DNA of 32,000 nucleotides, from NCBI RefSeq assembly GCF_003367075.2, contig NZ_CP065936.1, forward strand, positions 2,100,001-2,132,000, written 5' to 3'. Source of the DNA: Cylindrospermopsis raciborskii Cr2010 (GTDB lineage Bacteria > Cyanobacteriota > Cyanobacteriia > Cyanobacteriales > Nostocaceae). Below the pieces are notes generated by a model. That model was not told the DNA's origin. It made no database searches and worked only from the letters and a program-made list of their open reading frames with translations. Position numbers and translations under genes: made by a program. This document shows, one piece after another, positions 26,192 through 32,000 of the stretch; position 1 is the stretch's first letter; every line of letters begins with the position of its first letter.

Positions 26192-26320
26192 GAATTATGA
26201 TAAGATTCGTGGTTCAACTAATCCAATATAACTCACTCCCATGATAGATATTCTCCCGAAACCAGCTAAGAATGTTTAAGATCAAGGTAAATATTTAATA
26301 AATCTAAGAGTTTGGATAGC

Positions 26321-29300
26321 ATGAAACGGATTGTCTTAATTGCTGGGTTTGAATCTTTTAATGCCGACTTATACAGAAAAGCAGCTCTTTTGGCTAGTTC
26401 TCGCTGTTCTGACCTAGATATTCATGTGTTTAGCGATCGCAATATTAGTACAAATCAAGAAGAGATCAAAAATGCACTTAAAAATGCCGATGTATTTTTT
26501 GGCAGTTTAATCTTTGATTATGATCAGGTTTTGTGGTTAAGGGAGCATATTCGTCATATTCCCATCCGACTAATTTTTGAGTCAGCGTTAGAATTAATGA
26601 GTTTGACCCAAATAGGTAAGTTCTCCATAGGTGACAAACCTGCGGGGATGCCAAAACCGATTAAGTTCATCCTGGATAAATTCAGCAATGGTAAAGAAGA
26701 AGACAAACTTGCTGGTTATATTAGTTTCCTCAAGCTGGGGCCCAAACTATTAAAATTTGTCCCAGTACAAAAAGTTCAAGACCTGCGCAACTGGTTAATC
26801 ATCTACGGTTACTGGAATGCGGGTGGGAAAGAAAATGTAGCAGCTTTATTTTGGATCCTGGCGGAAAAATATTTAGGTTTGAAAGTGGAGAATATTCCCG
26901 AACCTATAGAAACACCTAACATGGGTTTATTACACCCAGACTACCCAGGTTTTTTTCTGTCACCGAGAGCATATTTAGAATGGTATGGGGGAGATGGTCA
27001 CATCCAAGGAAAACCCGTTGTTGCCATATTACTATATAGAAAGCACGTTATTACTAAACAAAATTATATTCCTCAACTAATTAAAAAATTTGAAAGTTCA
27101 GGTTTAATACCCCTACCTATTTTCATTAACGGTGTAGAAGGTCATGTGGCGGTTCGTGATTGGCTGACAACGGATTATGAAAGTCAAGAGAGACAAAAGG
27201 GAAATATAGAAACACCCTCACTATCCATCGAAGCAGTAAAAGTTGATATCCTAGTTTCCACCATTGGGTTTCCCCTAGTGGGTGGACCAGCTGGTTCCAT
27301 GGAAGCGGGAAGACAAGTAGAAGTGGCTAAACGCATTCTTATGGCTAAGAACATTCCCTACATTGTGGCTGCACCCCTACTAATTCAAGATATTTACTCT
27401 TGGACTCGTCAAGGAATTGGAGGTTTACAAAGTGTAGTTTTGTATGCCTTACCGGAACTAGATGGAGCAATTGATACAGTTCCCCTAGGTGGACTAGTGG
27501 GGGAAAATATATACTTAGTACCTGAGCGAGTGCAAAGATTAATTGATAGGGTGATCAACTGGGTTGCTCTAGGTCGAAAACCAACATCAGCGAGAAAAAT
27601 TGCCATTATTCTTTATGGTTTTCCTCCCGGTTATGGTGCGGTGGGAACTGCTGCATTATTAAATGTTCCTCGCAGTTTGATTAAACTACTTCATGCACTC
27701 AAAGAACAGGGTTATACAGTGGGTGAAATTCCCCAAGATGGGGAAGAGTTAATTAGACAAGTAAAAGTGGTGGATGAAGAATTGGAAACCTGGGAAAAAA
27801 ATAAACCCTTCCCCACTAAAACTAATACGGTGAATGTCAAAACCTTAGAAAAGTGGTTAGGTTATCTTCGCACTTCCCGAATTGAAAAACAATGGCAATC
27901 TTTGACCGGTGCAGGGATTAAAACCTATGGAGATGAATTACATATTGGTGGTGTGCAATTAGGAAATATTTGGATTGGCATTCAACCACCTTTAGGGATT
28001 CAAGGGGATCCCATGCGGTTAATGTTTGAAAGAGACCTAACTCCCCATCCCCAATATGCAGCTTATTATAAATGGTTACAAAATGAATTTCAAGCGGATG
28101 CAGTGGTGCATTTTGGTATGCATGGTACGGTGGAATGGTTACCAGGTTCTCCTTTAGGGAATACGGGTTATTCTTGGTCAGATATTCTTTTAGGAAATTT
28201 ACCCAATTTATATATCTATGCTGCTAATAATCCCTCTGAATCAATTTTGGCTAAACGTCGTGGTTATGGGGTATTGATTTCTCATAATGTGCCACCTTAT
28301 GGTCGAGCAGGTCTATATAAGGAATTAGTAAGTTTACGAGATCTCATCGCTGAATATCGAGAAGACCCACAAAAAAACTATGTTTTAAAAGACGGAATTT
28401 GCAAGAAAATTGTTGATACAGGTTTGGATATTGATTGTCCTTTCGATGATGCCAAAAAATTGGGAATTCCTTTTACCCCAGAAAATGTCAAAATGTTTAG
28501 TGTTCATGCTTTTGAACATTATTTAGTGAAGTTATATGAGTACCTACAGGTATTGGAAAACCGTCTGTTTTCTTCCGGATTGCACACTTTAGGTGAACCA
28601 CCTAATGAGGAGGAACTAACCGGTTACTTGAACGCCTATTTTGGGGAAGGAACTGAACTACAAAAAGAATCCCAAAAATCCCAAGAAAATCTAATTATAG
28701 ATTTATTAAACCAGTCCACCGATGAATTAACCAACTTATTACGAGGATTAAATGGTGAGTATATTCCCCCTGCACCCGGTGGAGACTTGTTGAGAGATGG
28801 TCCGGGTGTATTACCTACGGGGAGAAATATTCATGCTTTAGATCCCTATAGAATGCCTTCCCCCGCTGCTTATGAGCGAGGTAGGGAAATTGCTCGCAAA
28901 ATCCTTGACCAGCACTTACAAGAACATCACTCCTATCCAGAAACTGTAGCAGTTTTATTATGGGGTTTAGATGCAATTAAAACCAAGGGTGAATCCCTAG
29001 GGATTTTGTTAGAGTTGGTAGGTGCTGAACCAGTGAAGGAAGGAACAGGAAGAATTATCAGATACGATTTAAAACCCCTAGAAACTGTGGGACATCCTAG
29101 AATTGATGTGCTGGGTAATCTATCGGGTATTTTCCGCGATAGCTTTGTGAATATTATTGAACTGTTGGATGATTTATTTCTGCGAGCAGCAGAAATTGAT
29201 GAACCTCAAGAGTGGAATTTTATTAGAAAACATGCTTTGCTTTTACAAGCACAGGGAGTAGAAAATCCATCAGCTAGATTATTTTCTAACCCCTCCGGTG

Positions 29301-29992
29301 ATTTCGGTTCTTTGGTTAATGACCGAGTAGTTGATGGTAATTGGGATAGTGGTGATGAATTGGGCAAAACCTGGGAGAGTCGCAATGTTTTTAGTTATGG
29401 TCGTCAAGATAAAGGACAAGCTAGACCAGAGGTATTACAAACCTTATTAAAGACAAGCGATCGCATAGTCCAGGAAATAGACTCTGTAGAGTATGGTTTA
29501 ACCGATATTCAAGAATATTATGCCAATACGGGGGGTTTGAAAAAAGCTGCAGAGCAGCAAAGTGGAAAGCGAGTGACAGCTAGTTTCGTGGAGAGTTTTT
29601 CTAAAGACACCACACCCAGGAATTTAGATGATTTATTAAGAATGGAGTACAGAACTAAGTTATTAAATCCTAAATGGGCTAACTCCATGGCCAATCAAGG
29701 TTCGGGAGGTGCTTTTGAAATTTCCCAGCGGATGACAGCTTTAATTGGATGGGGGGGAACAGTGGATTTTAGAGACCATTGGGTTTATGAACAAGCAGCA
29801 GACACCTATGCTTTAGATCAGGAAATGGCGGAAAAATTGCGTCAAGCTAACCCGGAAGCATTTAGGAATATTGTCAGCAGGATGTTAGAAGCACATGGTC
29901 GAGGTTTGTGGAATGCGGATGAAAATAGACTAAATCAACTGCGTCAGTTGTATGAGTTGACTGATGAACAGTTGGAGGGTGTGGGAGTTTAA
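26321..29992 (+). CDS. Magnesium-chelatase H-subunit family protein (ChlH/BchH-like paralogue, ~1223 aa from ATG 26321)
   Basis: HFGMHGTVEWLPG, LPNLYIYAANNPSESILAKRRGYGVLISHNVPPYGRAGLYKEL and LNGEYIPPAPGGDLLRDGPGVLPTGRNIHALDP are closer to ChlH/BchH than to CobN. It is ~100 aa shorter than canonical cyanobacterial ChlH as I remember it. The track start at 26312 is a TTG. Confidence 0.75.
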   Translation: MKRIVLIAGFESFNADLYRKAALLASSRCSDLDIHVFSDRNISTNQEEIKNALKNADVFFGSLIFDYDQVLWLREHIRHIPIRLIFESALELMSLTQIGKFSIGDKPAGMPKPIKFILDKFSNGKEEDKLAGYISFLKLGPKLLKFVPVQKVQDLRNWLIIYGYWNAGGKENVAALFWILAEKYLGLKVENIPEPIETPNMGLLHPDYPGFFLSPRAYLEWYGGDGHIQGKPVVAILLYRKHVITKQNYIPQLIKKFESSGLIPLPIFINGVEGHVAVRDWLTTDYESQERQKGNIETPSLSIEAVKVDILVSTIGFPLVGGPAGSMEAGRQVEVAKRILMAKNIPYIVAAPLLIQDIYSWTRQGIGGLQSVVLYALPELDGAIDTVPLGGLVGENIYLVPERVQRLIDRVINWVALGRKPTSARKIAIILYGFPPGYGAVGTAALLNVPRSLIKLLHALKEQGYTVGEIPQDGEELIRQVKVVDEELETWEKNKPFPTKTNTVNVKTLEKWLGYLRTSRIEKQWQSLTGAGIKTYGDELHIGGVQLGNIWIGIQPPLGIQGDPMRLMFERDLTPHPQYAAYYKWLQNEFQADAVVHFGMHGTVEWLPGSPLGNTGYSWSDILLGNLPNLYIYAANNPSESILAKRRGYGVLISHNVPPYGRAGLYKELVSLRDLIAEYREDPQKNYVLKDGICKKIVDTGLDIDCPFDDAKKLGIPFTPENVKMFSVHAFEHYLVKLYEYLQVLENRLFSSGLHTLGEPPNEEELTGYLNAYFGEGTELQKESQKSQENLIIDLLNQSTDELTNLLRGLNGEYIPPAPGGDLLRDGPGVLPTGRNIHALDPYRMPSPAAYERGREIARKILDQHLQEHHSYPETVAVLLWGLDAIKTKGESLGILLELVGAEPVKEGTGRIIRYDLKPLETVGHPRIDVLGNLSGIFRDSFVNIIELLDDLFLRAAEIDEPQEWNFIRKHALLLQAQGVENPSARLFSNPSGDFGSLVNDRVVDGNWDSGDELGKTWESRNVFSYGRQDKGQARPEVLQTLLKTSDRIVQEIDSVEYGLTDIQEYYANTGGLKKAAEQQSGKRVTASFVESFSKDTTPRNLDDLLRMEYRTKLLNPKWANSMANQGSGGAFEISQRMTALIGWGGTVDFRDHWVYEQAADTYALDQEMAEKLRQANPEAFRNIVSRMLEAHGRGLWNADENRLNQLRQLYELTDEQLEGVGV

Positions 29993-31410
29993 ATAGACTG
30001 TTCTGTATTAAACCACCAAGGATCGTTAAGATTATTAGTTTTTATTAAGAAAGCCTTGGTTTGGAGGAACTTTTTAAAAACTGAGTTACCCATGCGAGAC
30101 CCTCCTAAACCAGAAAATTTTAGGGGATGATTTTCCCCCTCTTGCATAATAGCTGTTAGACCTGCGTCATTAATACTAATGGCGCCCACATCTAATTCCA
30201 TACCAATTTCTACCGCTAATTCTTCTGATTCAGCAAATATGGCAGCATTCAATCCATAAATAGAATCATTAGCCAAATTCACTGCTTCTGCAACTGTGGA
30301 AAAGCTCATGATGGGCATAATTGGACCAAAGGTTTGTTCCATCATTATTTTCATGGAATGATCTACTTGGGTAAGGACTGTAGGTTTACACCACCAAGTA
30401 CCCTCCATCTCTTCAACTTTGCCTCCACAATGAATTACTGCTCCCTTTTTTATTGCATCTTGTAGGTGGTTATTGATAATTTTGGCCTGATTTTCAGACA
30501 TAATTGGTCCTATTTCTCCACTTTTAATGTCAGGATAGGCCAATTTTAATTGATGGGATTTAGTGATTAGTAAGTGATAAAACTCTTCATATATAGATTC
30601 CGCAACGTAAATTCTTTCAATTGATGAACTACCCCTATTCATAACTGCTGACCATAAAATTGCGGAAGCTGCTAAATCTAAATTGGCAGATTCTAAAATA
30701 ATGGCTGGATCTTTCCCTTCTAATTCTAAAAAAGCTGGAATAAAATTCCTAGCAGCATTTTGAGCAACTAATCTCCCCGTTTGTAAACTACCTCGAAAAC
30801 AAATTAGATCTACTTCATCTATTAAAATTGCCCCTGTCTCTGGTCCACCTTCAATACAGGTTAATACATCCTTTAGTTTATTAATTTTATTGATGATAGT
30901 CATGAGATTGCCAAAAAACCGTGGTGTTAGTTCACTAGGTTTGATAATTACGCTACAACCCGCTAACAGAGCAGGAATAGCATCAACTGTTGATGTCAAT
31001 AAAGGAAAATGACTGGGACTTATGATCCCAACTAGTCTGTAGGGAGCTAGTTGTTGTCTTAAACTAATAAAGGAAAGCGATGTATTTTTGGCCGTTGACT
31101 GTAACAGTTGAGGAGCTAAATTACACCATTTATCAATGTTATTTAAGAAAATATCTATCTCCAATGTTGATGTTCCTAATCTCCCTGTATCACTAACTAA
31201 AGCATTTTTTAATAGACTATACTCGCATACTATAGCTTCTCGAAATTGCTTTATAGTTTCTATTCTTGCTTCAACACCAATTTCCTGCCAAGAGATTTGT
31301 CCCCTACGCAGTCTATGACATTGCTGGGAAAGCAGTTTTGTTGGTGGGGGAACAATCACATAATCAAATTTACCTGTGCGGGGGTTACGCACTTCTATTG
31401 GTGTTATCAT
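29989..31410 (-). CDS. Aldehyde-dehydrogenase-fold protein with a non-canonical active site
   Basis: ALDH landmarks are present: IIKPSELTP, FRGSLQTG, FLELEGKD and EQTFGPIMPI, plus NDSIYGLNAAIFA. However, PWNFP reads PSHFP (His134), and the GQxC Cys motif reads RGSSSIER (Ser261-263, nt 30622-30630). Confidence 0.75.
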   Translation of the reverse strand: MITPIEVRNPRTGKFDYVIVPPPTKLLSQQCHRLRRGQISWQEIGVEARIETIKQFREAIVCEYSLLKNALVSDTGRLGTSTLEIDIFLNNIDKWCNLAPQLLQSTAKNTSLSFISLRQQLAPYRLVGIISPSHFPLLTSTVDAIPALLAGCSVIIKPSELTPRFFGNLMTIINKINKLKDVLTCIEGGPETGAILIDEVDLICFRGSLQTGRLVAQNAARNFIPAFLELEGKDPAIILESANLDLAASAILWSAVMNRGSSSIERIYVAESIYEEFYHLLITKSHQLKLAYPDIKSGEIGPIMSENQAKIINNHLQDAIKKGAVIHCGGKVEEMEGTWWCKPTVLTQVDHSMKIMMEQTFGPIMPIMSFSTVAEAVNLANDSIYGLNAAIFAESEELAVEIGMELDVGAISINDAGLTAIMQEGENHPLKFSGLGGSRMGNSVFKKFLQTKAFLIKTNNLNDPWWFNTEQSI

Positions 31411-31413
31411 CAG

Positions 31414-32000
31414 TTAGGATATCCGTTGCAAACTATCCACTAGCTTATCAATCTGCTCTCTGTTATGGGTTGCCATTATTGTAATTCTGATCCGACTTGT
31501 GGGAACAGTGGGAGGACGAATAGCTGGAGCAAAAATCCCTTCTTCTCTTAGGTATTTTCCTACCTGCAATGCTGTTGCAGCATCAGGTAGCTCAAAACAT
31601 AATATGGGGGACTGGGTTGGTAATATTTTCAGTTTCCCTAGGTTCTCTTTCACCACTGTTTGTAAATAATTAACATTCTCCCATAATCTTTTTCTTCGTT
31701 CCGGTTCTTTTTGCACTATATTTATTCCCGCAAGTGCAGCAGCGGTGTCTGCTGGTGACAGAGCTGTACTATAAATCCAACTGGGAGCCCGATTTCTAAG
31801 AAAGTCAATCAATGCGCTACTCCCCGCAGCATAACCTCCTAAACTCCCCAGTGCTTTACTTAATGTGCCAATTTGAATTAATTCCCTACCCGTACAATTA
31901 AAATGCTCTACACACCCAGCACCACTTTTACCCATTACCCCAGTTGCATGTGCTTCATCTATCAGTAACATACTGTTGAATTGTTCAGCTAAATCTAACA
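31414..32000 (-). CDS. bioF: 8-amino-7-oxononanoate synthase-family PLP enzyme (C-terminal part; the gene continues beyond the right edge)
   Basis: [36 protein letters not shown] (PLP lysine), YSTALSP and [11 protein letters not shown]...[10 protein letters not shown]. The stop TAA lies 3 nt before the ALDH-like ATG. Confidence 0.8.
   Translation of the reverse strand, partial: LDLAEQFNSMLLIDEAHATGVMGKSGAGCVEHFNCTGRELIQIGTLSKALGSLGGYAAGSSALIDFLRNRAPSWIYSTALSPADTAAALAGINIVQKEPERRKRLWENVNYLQTVVKENLGKLKILPTQSPILCFELPDAATALQVGKYLREEGIFAPAIRPPTVPTSRIRITIMATHNREQIDKLVDSLQRIS

Noticed and set aside
20425-26311. Looked for an integrase, transposase, Tn7-like tns genes (CAST hypothesis) or toxin-antitoxin genes in or next to the cas-containing block.
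   Set aside because: No ORF in the block or the window shows integrase, transposase, TnsABC or TniQ motifs. A CRISPR-associated transposon interpretation is therefore unsupported here.
29989-29992. Convergent ChlH-like and ALDH-like genes overlap by 4 nt at their stop codons (TTAA).
   Set aside because: This is real but trivial. It is a compact convergent gene end with no additional structure, and it is not evidence of a functional coupling.
1-32000. Search for a CRISPR array or isolated repeat-spacer unit to go with the cas7-cas5-cas6 genes. GAAAC-containing spots were checked near 2470, 22664 and 26256.
   Set aside because: No 28-37 nt sequence recurs at regular spacing in any intergenic region. 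The GAAAC sites share only short chance-level matches (cgaaaccag) and lack a convincing upstream repeat hairpin.

Overview
This looks like chromosomal DNA from a filamentous (Nostocales-like) cyanobacterium. The HIP1 octamer GCGATCGC occurs 14 times, and there is a FurA orthologue with the Anabaena-type cysteine pattern, a DUF29 gene and an intein-containing dnaB. Most of the window is housekeeping: a LamG-GMC oxidoreductase (partial), a rhomboid-like protein, dnaB (with intein), DUF29, rplI, nanE-like, a GAF histidine kinase, cobN, furA, a group-2 sigma factor, gpsA, lipA, ilvD, a ChlH/BchH-like chelatase paralogue, an ALDH-like protein and bioF (partial). The standout is a ~5.8 kb HIP1-free segment (about 20.47-26.25 kb) between ilvD and the ChlH-like gene. 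It carries an HPF/RaiA-cold-shock-domain fusion, a WYL-domain regulator, a divergently transcribed Cas7d(Csc2)-Cas5d(Csc1)-Cas6 trio and an endolysin-like amidase. The trio has no large subunit (Cas10d/Cas8), no Cas3/HD nuclease, no Cas1/2/4 and no CRISPR array anywhere in the window. This array-less, nuclease-less type I-D-derived module is my best candidate for an undescribed system, though a decaying remnant cannot be excluded from the sequence alone. Secondary observations are a rhomboid and an ALDH-fold protein that both have substituted catalytic residues, a P-loop intein in DnaB, candidate Fur and NtcA sites, and several hairpins. All calls come from reading the sequence and from remembered family motifs; no database search was run.
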